A stretch of 64,000 nucleotides of DNA from Squalus acanthias (GCA_030390025.1 CM059432.1:137270001-137334000), one strand, 5' to 3'. Shown: positions 48,163 to 61,604, numbered from the stretch's first letter. Notes: generated by a model not told the origin, from the letters alone. Made by a program: numbers and translations.

Positions 48163-49056
48163 GGGGTAAAAATTCAGTTGGTTGCGCCTCCCGTTAGCGC
48201 CTTAAGAGGGCGCTAATGGGGCGCAAAGCCGCTAACGCCCGGGTGCAGCGATGTTTGCGCCGCTCGGGAACTTAACTAGAGATTGTGCGGCGGCGCTAAA
48301 CTTTACCGCTGCGACCACCTGCGCGCGCAGATTGTGACGTCATTCCATGGTGCAACGCCCTTGTGGCGCCCCGGAGCGGAAATTGAGTGGCGCCCCCTGC
48401 CTTACCGCCTGGCGCATCCAACGACCAGAAGACTGGAACGCTATCAATCGCTGTGGGGCTGGGGGGGGTGCTATTTAAAGGGGGCCTCTTCCTGTCTTTT
48501 ATTGTTGGTGGCATTTTTGAACTACGCATTCTGAGAGAGAGAGGGAGAGACTTCTGGAGAGATTCAACGTTGTGTGAAGGAGTTTTTGGGTACTGAGCAG
48601 CACTTTGCAGGTTCATTTTGATTTGCCATTCCTTGTATCGATTTAGCAGAGACTGTGGGAGCTGCACTCTGAGCTCTTTGCCTGGTACTCTCCATTGTTC
48701 TTTCCAGCACATTTGATGTGCAAGTCTCTCCAGGCCGAGATTCAAGGCTGCAATGAACAGGATGTGGATGGAAAGCAAGATTAACCATCCCCTTTAAGAA
48801 CTGGCCCGTGCCATTGTGTGTGTGTTCCATTGCTGACTGACATTACATGAGCTTCGCCAGCGCTCTGAGTTAGCGCCTCACTCCTTGGCCTTTGCGCCTT
48901 AAGACAGGTGTGCAGCGCCTGATTTAGCGCTCCACTCACCTCCTGGGGCGGTAAAAGTGAAGTTTCCGGTCAGTGCCGATAATTAGCGCCAGGCGCTAAT
49001 ATTTGCGTCCAGACGATATTTGCGCCCCAAATGGGGCGCGACCTAATTTTTCCCCC
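48163..49056. mobile_element. Harbinger-type non-autonomous element
   Basis: TIRs GGGGTAAAAATT / AATTTTTCCCCC; ATG (or AT) on both flanks; dense subterminal TAGCGC/GCGCTA motifs. Confidence 0.8.
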
Positions 49057-49161
49057 ATGGTGTTTTGTGTCCTATAATCTGGAGTTAGGTCACAGATTAT
49101 CAAGATCTCATTGAATGGCGGAACAGGCTTGAGGGGCTAAACGGCCGACTCCTGTTGCTAT

Positions 49162-50925
49162 GGCCGCGATTTGGCCTACCGAGGCAGGGCCGGTGCGGCC
49201 GGGGTGGGTGGCGGGGTGCGACCCCGCTGCTGGCTCCATCCCGCTCTGTGAAAAGACTTTACGATTATAGGGCTTGTTAAGTCCGCCCTACGCGTTTCCT
49301 GGCCAATTGAAGGAAGCGGGTCTGATGACGTCATTTGCTTAAAGGGACCGTGCACCAATTGATTTTGACAGTTCTGCTGTCAGTGTCCTACAGCATTGAG
49401 GTGCTGCAAACACTGACAATCACTGCACAGAGGTGCACGGCTGCACCCAGGCTCTCCCATGACTCCCTCCATATGCTTGTGGAGGGAGTCACAGCACGCA
49501 GGGAGGTTCTCTTCCCTTCCCATGGTCAGAAGAGACCTCCCCAGGAGACCAACGCAGTCTGGTTGCACATTGCACAGGAGGACACAAGCAGGGATGTCGT
49601 TAGGAGGACCAGGCTGCAGTGGGGCAAACCTTTCAATGATCCCAGTAGATCACGAAACATTACTGCAAAGCCACACTCAACCTCATCCTGCTGTGCCACT
49701 CAACACATCCTCATCACTCTGCCTTCCCTACCATACTCCTGCACATCCTTACTCACACCAACTCACCATGTACCTCCACCCATCCCTCTCTATCTACATT
49801 ATCACTTCCCCATCTCACTAGCCACCCCTCACACTCACTCTCATCCTAGTCCAATCATACCAACTAACATCACACAAGAATAGGCACTTCGGTGTTTTAG
49901 CCAATGTTTATGTGGTTTCTGTTAATGTGCTGTCAAACATTGAAATCTTTATTTTCAACACTTTGCGTTCTTGGACAGATCTGTGTGCACCTTTGGAAGT
50001 GGCTTAGTGAATTGTAGTGAATGGTGAGACATAACGGTACCCCCCGCAATGGTGATGAGTGTGAAACGAATGGCTTGGGCATTGTAGGGATGCTTCATGG
50101 TGTTGGTGTGGGGTGGTGCCAACCTGGCGCATCATATGGCAGCCAGGGTGTACAGCACCAAGTGAAGTAAATCTGGCTATGGTGAGGCCATCCCTGGTGT
50201 CCCGGGCAGCAACGTGGTCGGGTGCTGATGCCCTCTATCCTGTGCAGCATCAGTTAATTGCGGAGAAGGTTGGTGTTGTTGTTGGTGCTGCTGGTGTGCC
50301 TGGTTCTGCTGGTGTTGGGGCTGATTGTGGTTGGATTCTGAAGACCAAGGTGAGAGAGTGTAAACTGTATCCATTCTGATGTAATAGATGGCAGGTGAGG
50401 TTGAGATGACAGAAGTAAATCTGTCAATACTGAGAGAGGTTGTTCCAATGAGGTGGCACTGGATAGAGAATTGGCTCCAAACACTTGCAAGCTGCATAAA
50501 GCTCAATCTGTCTTCCAAATGCAGTAAGCAACAGTTTCTGAGCTTGGAAAGTGAACAGCTGTGAGATGGGAGCTTTTTTACAGCTTTTTGCAGCTGTCAG
50601 GTAATCAGATAATTCAATGCTGAATCCACTCACGACAGGCTGAGCTGACGTGATCCCCGAGCAGCGGGGAAGCCGTGAGGGAATACGTAAAATTGAAAGG
50701 TAAGCTTAAAATACTATTTAATTGCCTCTTAACAATCTCTCTAATGATCTAAATTGCCTCCCCCGCCGCTTGGTGTTGGGTCTGTTCAACGATGACAGAC
50801 CCAACATCTGGGAGACTAGCGTGGAGGCAGGTTGACAACAGGTTCCCTAGCCGCTGTCAAAAAAAAAATTCACACCCAACCCACCACCAAACACGCCCGC
50901 TGACCCCCCGAAAAATTCCCCCCCC
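49162..50925. mobile_element. Internally deleted Harbinger inserted in a CR1 tail
   Basis: Myb/SANT exon-1 remnant 49415-49645 (AAPRLSHDSLHMLVEGVTARREVLFP..W..IA..KPFND); right terminus AAAAATTCCCC; flanks rejoin as a CR1 tail CTATGTTTCTA. Confidence 0.7.
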
Positions 50926-51259
50926 ATGTTTCTATAATTGTACGGGGTGATTTCCCAACTTCATGTTACCTGTCCAGAACTCATATCAGAAATTCAGGGG
51001 CACACTGCTAACATGTACGACTTTTTCCTAGTTTTTGATTTATTCATACTTCGTCAATCTGATATTTGCTTGGTAACTTAACAAATAAGTGATTAGTTGA
51101 GCCAAGCATGTTTTTTTTCCTATGGCTTTGTGGCATAACACCTATGAGGTAACACTGTCACATGCAATGTCTCTGAAAGGTGTAACATAACAAGGCTACG
51201 GACCAAGAGCTGGAAAGTGGGATTTGACTGCCATAAATTTCTATGATTCTAACATATTA

Positions 51260-51620
51260 AATCATAGAATGATACAGCACAGAAGGAGGCCATTCGGTCC
51301 ATCATGCCTGTGCCTGTCCTTTGAAAGAGCTAATCCAATTAGTCCCACATCCCTTGCTCTTTCCCCAAAGCCTGCAAATTTTTCCCTTCAAGTATTTATC
51401 CAATTCCCTTTTGAAAGTTTCTATTGAATCTGCTTCCACCGCCCTTTCAGGCAGTGCATTCCAGATCATAACAACTCGCTACATAAAAAAAAATCTCACC
51501 TCTGGTTCTTTTGCCAGTTACCTTAAATCTGTGTCCTCTGGTTACCGACCCTCCTGCCAGTGGAAACAGTTTCTCCTTTTTAATCTATCAAAACAACAAT
51601 CATGATTTTGAACCCCTCTA
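51260..51620 (-). mobile_element. CR1 3' fragment
   Basis: Homologous to 12605-12712 plus 20179-20300. Confidence 0.8.
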
Positions 51621-52784
51621 CAGATATCAACACTAAATGCATTAGCTTTTAATTATAAAGAGAGAGATGCTCACAATAAAGTGGACCAAATAGATAATTA
51701 AATACATGACAACGGCCTCGGTTTAAAGTGCATTTTGTTTTTATTAACATATACAATTTACTTGAAGTTCATATCTGAGCAAAACACTTAGGGAATGCGG
51801 TTTCCTCTATATGAAAGGTACACTGGAAAAAATTGAACAATCTCTCAGCCCAGAATGATAAAAGGTCACATTACCATCTGAAGCATTGAAAACACTGGCA
51901 CAGATAGAATGACAAGTAGAATAATTTCACCAACGCAGGCACGCACAACATAAAAAACTTGCGCGTTTTATTTATTTAATACAATATTTATTTAAACACT
52001 TTTTTTCATATATTTCCCTCAAAGCAACATTCTAATTTTCGAGACTGTGAGTTCGTTGACTAATGTACGTGGTTGCCGTGGCTGAGTCACTGTAAAAGTA
52101 CGTAAATTAGTAAAAATAAATGCTTAGGACTTTCAAGACCATAAGGACTCTAAAGATAGAAAGGAAGCGTGCTCAAATGCCTGAGTAATGAATGGTAATG
52201 AAATCAATTCGAAATATCATCACCTGCAACATTCTCAAAATAAAATATTTACAGAGAATTTTGATGTCTTTTGATTTATATCTGTTGAAATTGCTAACAA
52301 TTCTTGTTTAAACTGAATATTTTCAGGGAGAGTGGCTGGGCAGAGTTACTGGGCTTGACGGCATAAGAAGCTGAAGCGATGTCTGCGCAGATAGTTTTGC
52401 TTTTGTGTTTTTGTAGATCCTCCTTATTTTCTCCACTGGCCTTCCTCAAAAGACTACACATACCAGAGGCATTCCCTGCAGCTGAGGAGGAGAAGAACTC
52501 AGGACCTACCCCTGATCTCTTCCACTTGCACTCTATAGCAGGCTATTGAGAGGTGCACAAGAGCAGTCCAGAGTGACTGACTCTTCCATCGTCCTTCCAC
52601 CCTTGTGGGAAATTGTATGACTTCTGCTCAGAATAGCCCCAAAAAAGAATGGCTGAGATCAACAACGCATCATCTAAAATACTATGTGTGTGACGCTGTG
52701 TCCTGCCATTGAGTAGTGGATGAGATGCAAGGGAAGATTTTACAAATGCATGCTCTGCGAGAAATCTTGCACGCCAAGTGTTCA

Positions 52785-53120
52785 CAGAATTACATAGAAC
52801 GTCACACCAGTGTTTATGCTTCACACAATCCTCCTCCCAGCCCTCTTCATCTAACCCTATCAACATATCCTTCTATGTCTATCTCCCTCATGTACTCATC
52901 TAGCTTTCCTTTAAATGCATCGATGATATTCACCTCAACCACTCCTTGTGGTAGCGAGTTCCCATTCTCACCAACTCTTTGGTAAAGAAATTCTCCTGAA
53001 TTCCCTATTTGATTTATTAGTGACTATCTTATAGTTATGGCCCCTGGTTTTGGTCTCTTCCACAAGTGGAAACGTCTTATCTATATTTACCCTATCAAAC
53101 CCTTTCATAATCTTAAAGAC
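52785..53120 (-). mobile_element. CR1 3' fragment
   Basis: Homologous to 39265-39640. Confidence 0.8.
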
Positions 53121-53579
53121 CTCTTTATCAGTTCTAATTCATCACCTGACGTTCCATTACATAAAATTTATAGCACAGGAGGCCGCCATTTGGCCCAACT
53201 GGTCTGTGCTGCTGACACATGCTTTAAAATGTCAGCCTGCCACTCGTCCTGCCTGCAAATCCTTACTTCCTGTTGTCACACTTGTGTGTCAATGTCCCCA
53301 CCCTGTTTAATTTCCTTAATTTACGTATTTAATGAAAACTCCCTATGTAAATGCTGTCACATGTAATTATGCCCTCCCACCAGTGGTGGCGCTGCAGTGC
53401 ATCTCCCAGCTCTCCAGCCTGTACTGCAACGAAACTCCTATACTCCAAATCAACTCTGCCTCGCCAATTGCAGTAAAATTTTGCTGCTTAACTATTGTTA
53501 ACTCATATTGCTGCATACAGGGAAATAGATCCCCCATAGTTTTAATATAATGACCCAGGTTGAATCAATTCGACACACA

Positions 53580-54040
53580 CGACAACAACTTGCATTTAAA
53601 TAGCGCATTTAATGTACTAAAACGTTCCTAGGCACTTCACAGGAGCGTTATCAAACAAAATTTGACACCGAGCCACATAAGAGGTGACCAAAAGCTTGGT
53701 CAAAGAGGTAGGTTTTAAGGAAAGTCATAAAGGAGGAGAGAGAGAGAGAGATGGGGAGGTTTAGGGAGGGAATTCCAGAGCTTAGGGCCTCGGCAGCTGA
53801 AGGCACGGCCTCCAATGGTGGAGCGATGAAAATCGGGGGCGTGCAAGAGGCTAGAATTTAGAAGGGCACAGAGGTCTCGGAGGGTTGTAGGGCTGGAGGA
53901 GGTTACAGAGATAGGAAGGGGCGAGGGATTTGAAAACAAGGATGAGAATTTTAAATCGAGGCATTGCCGGACCGGGAGCCAATGTAGGTCAGCGAGCAGA
54001 GGTGGTGATGGATGAACGGGACTTGGCATGAGTTAGCAGC
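53580..54040 (-). mobile_element. L2 LINE 3' fragment
   Basis: LADLHWLPV, IGGRAFS..GPKLWNSLP; tail matches 26100-26170. Confidence 0.8.
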
Positions 54041-54410
54041 GTTTTGGAATGAAATGACACAAGTGTTGTAGCACGCTGGGTGACTGGATCTTCATTGACG
54101 TAAATTCACTGCCTTCACAGTATGGGGCTCAGTAACTCCTCCCAGACAGTTGTCCCAGTTTTGTGAAGATTTCTTCTGTTCGACATATCTCGGGAAATTG
54201 TAAACATGATCTGAAAGAACAAATTTATAATTGTGCTGGAATAACCAAACGAAGGAAACTTATCATAGAATCATAGATTGATACAGCACAGAAGGAGCCA
54301 TTCTGCCCATTGTGCCAGTGCCGGCTCTTTGAAAGAGCTACCCAATTAGTCCCACTTAGCTCATCCCCATAGCCCTGCAAATCTTTCCCTTTCATGGGTG
54401 GATTTATAAT

Positions 54411-55114
54411 GGCCCGTAATTTCCGTTAGGAGGCTTCCTGCGTGCAGATGCCTCCTATCGGAAAAAAATCTACGCTCTTACCTGAGGGCTCCCGAGGTCC
54501 GGACACTTCCGATCCTGGGCCTCTCCACAGTCGAAAAATGCACACGGGCAAAAGTATTCCGGGGGCACAGGCGCCCCTGGGATCACAAGGGCCAGGCAAG
54601 CCAATGAAAGAACAGAATCTCCCTTCATACTTTTGACAGATTGACCCAAAAAGACACTAAAACATTAAATACATTTTTTTTAAAACCATCACGTTTTTAA
54701 AATGAATTAAAATTACATTAAATTAAATATTTTAAACAAAAATTTAATTTTTTGAAAAAAATAATTAAAGTTTTTTACGGGGCTAAAAATAAACTTACCA
54801 TTTTTAAATTATAAATGAGTGAAAAAAGATATTTTTTTTAACCTCTTATGCTGGTAAAAGCAGTCCTTACGCCTGCTTTTACCAGGCGTAAGATTTCTAA
54901 GGGTTTTCAGCAGGCGGAGGTTCTGCAGAAAGCGGAACTATCCGCCCGCAGAGGCCCTTCTCCAGGGCAGGCGTCCGATCTGACAAGAGGATTCTTGACA
55001 GATCGGAAATGCCGGTTTTCAGCACTTGAGCTTCGCATGCCTGAAACCGGCATTTCTGATGTCCCTACGATGCCACACCTTGTACACACCCGTAGGCATC
55101 GGAAAATACGGCCC
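54411..55114. mobile_element. Uninterrupted 704-bp non-autonomous DNA transposon
   Basis: Same TIRs and body as 4751-8860 without the CR1; AT on both flanks. Confidence 0.88.
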
Positions 55115-56929
55115 ATTGTAGTGACCTAAGGAATTCTTACTCCTGTGCGATCACTGTTGAACAAAAAATGGTTTAAAAGATCAGCACATTACATAAAAAT
55201 AAACAAAGGACTGATAGCATCCATTATTTGATTTTCATAACATAACTGCATGTAATACAATAGAGAGTCCATTAGAGCACCAGTTGTATATCTACCAGGT
55301 TACCATAGAAACTGGATGGATCCAACAGATAAAGCCATCACTGACAGACTTCATTGTGACTGTAAAAAAGACTATAGAAACACAAGGTCAAAGCAGGATT
55401 GAAGGACCGACACCGGGCATTATGGAGAATAAAAAGCTTTAACTTGATCAGCATCTTTCAACTGAAGTCAGCTTGACAACAGGAGTGAGTGGGAATCCAA
55501 ATTTTAAAAACTGCTGGATACAGCAGTCTTGAAACGAATATTGAAAAATTCTTCTGAATTGTAAACAAATGACGGGAATTTCTTGAGGAGTTCTCCCAAT
55601 CAGCTGCCATGACTTCAGCAGAAGATTGGCAGAAACCCTGTTTCTGTATCAATCCCAGTCTTCTCCTGATCGAGGTTACGACGGATTAGCGAAACTCCCA
55701 AGGAGATTCCCAGCAATACGCGACGGCCTCTCAACTGAAAGCAACTTCAGTCTCGCTATTAAAGATTCTGACCAAGATTCTTGTCCACTGCACCACTCTA
55801 ACTGTGGCAGGGTGAGGCTTCTTGGCTGTGTCACATGCGCCCCGTTAACCTTGGTGAATTTCCTAGGATCATCCTCGTCTTAAACATTTTTTTGCTGCGC
55901 TCAAACTGAGGTTTCTTCCTGCGCTGGGAAGCCCACCACAGAAAGACCTGCAGCTGCTGCCGCCGTGGAAATGTGCCGATGGGAAAACCCTCCTTGCTGT
56001 GTATGATGAGATGTATCTCCCTAAGGTGCAACATGTGACTTCTAGCAGAAATCACCCACTCAACGTTTCAAAACACGTACACATCAGTGCACTGTATCAA
56101 TGCCAGCATATCCAAGTCTCTTCCAACTACACTATACAAACGACTTTGTAAATTTACAGTCTTTTATGAATTAGAAGAGTGCATCCCATTTATTAACACT
56201 GAAATGCACAGCGAGGAGAGGCTTGAAGAACAGAACGCTGCCACATTGTGGTTTTGACATCAACAGCAGATTGATTCCTCATTCACTCGTGATTGAACAG
56301 GGTGAAGGGACACCCGATGTGGCATGTATAATTTGCCCCTCTACTTGGTTTAGTGAGACACGGGCTGGCCTTACCCTGGAAGATTTCCCGGCGCTATTAA
56401 ACGTTTTGCTCAGCTGTTCCCGCGTTCTTTGGCTGTTTGACCTAACATTTGGGCATGGTGACCGCCTCTGCCAAGCAGAATTGGGAGTTCTCCCGTGGAA
56501 GGGTTGCCTGGTGACTTTAAACGGGACAGCTCGCACTTTTGCCTCATTCTACTGCGCTGCTCTTCAGCACGACAGCCGGGGTGTGGTCAGGGCCTGTAGC
56601 CTTCGCTGTGTCCAATGTACTCAACCGCGTCTTAATGGCACATGGAGTGAAGTGAACTGACTGGGCACAGGTGGCTATGTTGGGTGAGGACCTTGCAATT
56701 TCGAGTTAACAATGGATGGAGCATTGTGGCACGTACTCTTCTATTTCTATTGTTTTTTTATTACACTGGCGTCGGGGGGACCAAGAGTGCTGGGCCCACA
56801 AAACAAAAACAATATGGACAGCCCCCACCCTGGGATCACCGTCCTCCCAGGCTCCAACTGTCAGCCAGCTCAGTGTGGGAACCAGTCGAAATCCTGCCCT
56901 CCCGGAACTGGCGAGCTGTAGGGAGGCAG

Positions 56930-57235
56930 CTGCTTGCCACCAAAATGCAAATATCCCTCCGCCTCCCTGAACACACTGTTCCTCTGATTCTGGCCTCTTT
57001 GTGGATTCCTCTTATCATTGTCCGACAATTGTTGCAAGAGTCTTCAGCCAGCTCAGTGGCACTATCTAGAATTCCCTCCCTAAACTTCTCCACCTCTCTC
57101 TCCCCTCCTGTAAAATCATTCCTAAAAATCCATTTCTTCAACCAGTCATCCCTCCTCATCTCTCCCTTCCTGGCTTCTACTTTCCTTTATGTCTTTCTTT
57201 TTTGATGTCAAGAGCTCTATAAAAATGCAAGCTGC
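56930..57235 (+). mobile_element. Highly decayed L2 3' fragment
   Basis: GAATTCCCTCCCTAAAC..TATAAAAATGCAAG similarity to 25968-26165. Confidence 0.5.
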
Positions 57236-57634
57236 CGTCACAGTAGAAAGTCTATAATCTAGCTCCTTTTGAGTGGATGAAGTAATGAAAAGATTGCAAA
57301 AGAACTAGGTAAAAAAAAAACAAATTGGATAAGTAGACATGCTAATTCTTTTTCTTCCTGAATGTCTTAGCACTGTAGGAACCTAAAAGATTCAAACCTG
57401 TTTCTTGGAAATTTCTCTTTCAGTTATTTCAAGTTGAACAGCTCCTTCTCTCAAATTGATGCCTTATTGTGAACAGATTCACTTTATATATGCAGAAAAA
57501 CAGTTATCACAACTTCTTGGGATTTGAATATCTGACCATTCAAATTTAAAAAGAACCTGTAAGTCATTTGCAAACGTAACCAATCACACAGCACTCTTTG
57601 ATCTACGCCTCTCTCTAGCCTGGAACAGCTGAAA

Positions 57635-58216
57635 GGGCCTTGGTGAGACCACACCTGGAGTACTGTGTGCAGTTTTGGTCTCCTTACCTAAGAAGGGATA
57701 TACTTGCCATAGAGGGAGTGCAGCGAAGGTTCACCAGACTGATTCCTGGGATGGCAGGACTGTCGTATGAGGAGAGATTGGGTCGACTAGGTCTGTATTC
57801 ACCCAGAGTTTAGAAGAATGAGAGGGGATCTCATTGAAACGTATAAAATTCTGGCAGGGCTAGACAGACTGGATGCAGGGAGGATGTTTCCCCTGGCTGG
57901 GGGGTCTAGAACGAGGTGTCACAGTCTCAGGATACGGGGTAGGACATTTAGGACTGAGATGAGAAGAAATTTCTTCACTCAGAGGGTGGTGAACCTGTGG
58001 AATTCTCTACCACAGAAGGCTGTGGAGGCCAAGTCACTGAATATATTTAAGAAGGAGATAGATAGATTTCTAGACACAAAAGGCATCAAGGGGTATGGGG
58101 AGAGAGCGGGAATATGGTATTGAGATAGAGGATCAGCCATGATCATATTGAATGGCGGAGCAGGCTCGAAGGGCCTGAATGGCCGACTCCTGCTCCTATT
58201 TTTCTATGTTTCTATG
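57635..58216 (+). mobile_element. 5'-truncated CR1, close relative of 5051-8424
   Basis: Collinear with 7835-8410; tail TTTCTATGTTTCTATG. Confidence 0.9.
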
Positions 58217-58624
58217 AAACTTGCAACATGGTTCAAAGTAAGCTTTGGTTCAGGAATCTGAACTGCAGTTATTTTCTTCTTCTTAAAACTTACTATCTAC
58301 CATGACTAGTTTTGTTTTGGCTCCTGTTCCTTTAAATCCAGTCAGAAACACCTCATTTGTTGTAAGACTCCTCACAGAAGTAAGTTTGGTGATATTAGGG
58401 CGAAGTCTCCCCACCCCTCAGTTTCCAATGTGAGTTCAACATTCTTGTCTATACCCACATCCAGTGCTAGTCTGCGAGAAATCGTCAAAATAAGTTTCCT
58501 TCGGTTGTTTTGACATTCCCATCCAACTATTTCTTCTGCAGCATTCAATTTGGAATTCTGGGATGAAGCCCTGCCTGCCCACGTCAATTGGAATTGGAAA
58601 GCAAACAGACTCTTCATCACCCGA

Positions 58625-58912
58625 GTGGGTCTGTAACCAGAGGTCATAGATTTAAAATCATTGGCAAAAGATCGAGAGAGCAGAGCATTGTCGGGATCTG
58701 GAATGCTCAACCTCAAAAGGTGGTGGAAGCTGATTCCATCAATAATTTTGAAAGGGAGTTGGACGGGTTCTTGAGGATGAGGAACTCTCAGGGTTACGGA
58801 CAAAAAGTGAGGATGTGGGACTAAGCACGATTGCTCTTTCAAAGAGCCAGCACAGGCACGATGGTCTGAATGGCCTCCTTCTGTGCTGTAAGTTTCTATG
58901 ACTCTATGATTC
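58625..58912 (+). mobile_element. CR1 3' fragment
   Basis: TRGHRFKI..WNA.PQKVVEADSI; CTATGA(C/T)T tail repeats. Confidence 0.8.
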
Positions 58913-58935
58913 TAAGCTAGCACTGACCCTCTTTA

Positions 58936-59302
58936 TAGGGTTGCCAACTTTGGCTCAACGTATTCCTAGAGGCTTCATAACATGACCACCAACCCACCCA
59001 AGCCCCTGCCATTGATCACCAGACATGTCCATCAATCTCCCCGCCTTCCCACGTCAATCGGAAAGCGAACTGACTATTCATCACCCGATTAGATGATTCT
59101 TCACTCTCAGTCAAACAGGCCTTTTTTCCCCCATCTCCAATATTACTCATAAATGAAAGTGTTCAAAGAAAATGAAATTAAGCCACACTTTTTTTGTTAA
59201 CACCCCTATGATTTTTCTCCCAGATTACTCGCAGCAGTGTCCACGAGATTAATCATTAATTCCTGGAGATTACAGGATAATCCTGGAGGGTTGGCAATCC
59301 TA
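58936..59302. mobile_element. hAT-type MITE, 367 bp
   Basis: TIRs TAGGGTTGCCAAC / GTTGGCAATCCTA; perfect 8-bp TSD CCTCTTTA. Confidence 0.9.
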
Positions 59303-60184
59303 CCTCTTTACACTAGTTTGATTTTTTTTTTAAACAAATTCCAGATATAAAGAGAGATACAGAGATGGTAATGGATTATATTTTCTGCTTTTAGAAATGT
59401 TAATCTAGCCATATTATAAAACCTTAACGGCAATGTGAGAGAGGAATCCAGTACCTTTATCCAGCGTGCTTTTGGAAAATAGGTCAAGTTGGACAGCAAA
59501 GGCTCATGGGGGTGTTGATGGCTTAAAAGTACCGGCTCGACATCGGGACCAGGCAGGGGGAGTTAAGCAAAGACCTCCAGACCTTCTCCACTGATCTTGT
59601 GATAAGATAACCTGAAAGCCCAAGAATAGCTTGCATCTGATGCTACATGTGGCATGATCGTGGGATGAGCAAATGTGATACATTGGGTGGCACAGGCAAT
59701 GATTACACTTCCATTTTCTGCTGGGTGTGTTTGCTCAATTTTGTTCGTCTTAGTGCCGGCAACCTAGCCAATCAGGACTCACATGCATTAATGCACAATT
59801 TGCACCTTACAACAGCTGTAATAGTTAACAGCCACTTAACTATTCAAGTGACCAGCAAGGACATTAATCCAGCTCTTGGGAGGAGGAACCTGGAGGAAAT
59901 TAAGGAGAGCAGCAAATTTATACAGCTCCATTCAGTTGATGTGACTATTTCTGGATTTTGAAAGACTAATTTATATCATAAAGGATCATTTTATAAGTGT
60001 GCACTCCCAGCAGTCAAAATACTCGTTTGCTTTGTAAAATAAGCCCTATAGACTTGGAAGGTTTCATTTGTTCTTATGTGCATAATGCTCCTCTGAGGAA
60101 AAGAGGTAATTATGTACATTAAAATATAATTCAAGCTTGAAAAGTAACAATCTCACCAGGAGCGTCAAGGTAAGCTGCTACGTT

Positions 60185-60787
60185 AGAGTCATAGAGTTAT
60201 ACAGCACAGAAAGAGGCCCTTCGGCCTATCGTGTCCACGCCGGCCATCAAGCCCTGTCTATTCTAATCCCATTTTCCAGCACTTGGTCCGTAGCCTTGTA
60301 TGCTATGGCGTTTCAAGTGCTCATCTAAATACTTCTTGAATGTTGTGAGGGTTCCTGCCTCTACCACCCTTTCAGGCAGTGAGTTCCAGATTTCAACCAC
60401 CCTCTGGGTGAAAAAGTTTTTCCTCCAATCCCCTCTAAACCTCCTGCCCCTTACCTTGAAATTATGCCCCCTGGTTATTGACCCCTCTACTAAGGGGAAA
60501 AGTTCCTTTCTATCGATCCTATCTATGCCCCTCATAATTTTGTACACCTCAGTCAGGTCCCCCCTCAGCCTTCTCTGCTCTAAGAAAAACAACCTCAGCC
60601 TGTCCAGTCTCTCTTCATAGCTGAAGCGCTCCAGCCCAGGTAACATCCTGGTGAATCTCCTCTGCACCCTCTCCAATGCGATCACATCCTTCCTATAGTG
60701 TGGCAACCAGAACTGCACACAGTATTCCAGCTGTGGCCTAACTAGCGTTTTGTACAGCTCCATCATAAACTCCCTGCTCTTATATTC
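60185..60787 (-). mobile_element. 5'-truncated CR1
   Basis: ORF 60263..60766 [26 protein letters not shown]. Confidence 0.9.
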
Positions 60788-60908
60788 ATGGTACGTTCTG
60801 TATCAGTAGCCTCCTGTCCATGCATTCCATTACATTCTTTCCCCATTCCCTCAGGACTTTCCCCAACTTGCTTTGACCAGCAGCTGTTCCTTCAGAAAAA
60901 AGCATGGC

Positions 60909-61604
60909 CAGAGAAACCCTTCCCTGACCATCCAGAGAAACCCTTCCCTGACCATCCAGAGAAAGCGTTCCCTGACCATCCAGAGAAAGCGTTCCCTGAC
61001 CATCCAGAGAAAGCCTTCCCTGACCATCCAGAGAAAGCCTTCCCTGACCATCCAGAGAAAGCCTTCCCTGACCATCCAGAGAAAGCCTTCCCTGTCCATC
61101 CAGAGAAAGCCTTCCCTGACCATCCAGAGAAACCCTTCCCTGACCATCCAGAGAAACCTTTCCCTGACCATCCAGAGAAACCCTTCCCTGACCATCCAGA
61201 GAAACCCTTCCCTGACCATCCAGAGAAACCTTTCCCTGACCATCCAGAGAAACCCTTCCCTGACCATCCAGAGAAACCCTTCCCTGACCATCCAGAGAAA
61301 CCTTTCCCTGACCATCCAGAGAAACCCTTCCCTGACCATCCAGAGAAACCCTTCCCTGACCATCCCGAGAAACCCTTCCTGACCATCCAGAGAAACCTTT
61401 CCCTGACCATCCAGAGAAACCCTTCCCTGACCATCCCGAGAAACCTTTCCCTGACCATCCAGAGAAACCCTTCCCTGACCATCCCGAGGAAGCCTTCCTT
61501 GACCATCCAGAGAAACCCTTCCCTGACCATCCCAGAGAAAGCCTTCCCTGACCATCCAGAGAAAGCCTTCCCTGATCATCCCGAGGAAGCCTTCCCTGAC
61601 CATC
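60909..61604. repeat. 24-bp minisatellite (CAGAGAAACCCTTCCCTGACCATC), ~29 units
   Basis: Read and counted directly; variants mainly at three central bases. Confidence 0.95.

Noticed and set aside
51874..51951. Minus-strand MLCVPALVKLFYLSFYLCQCF followed by a GT donor, as a signal-peptide first exon; also a possible last exon at ~24720-24840
   Set aside because: Too short, no linking exons or recognisable homology; expected by chance in T-rich sequence.
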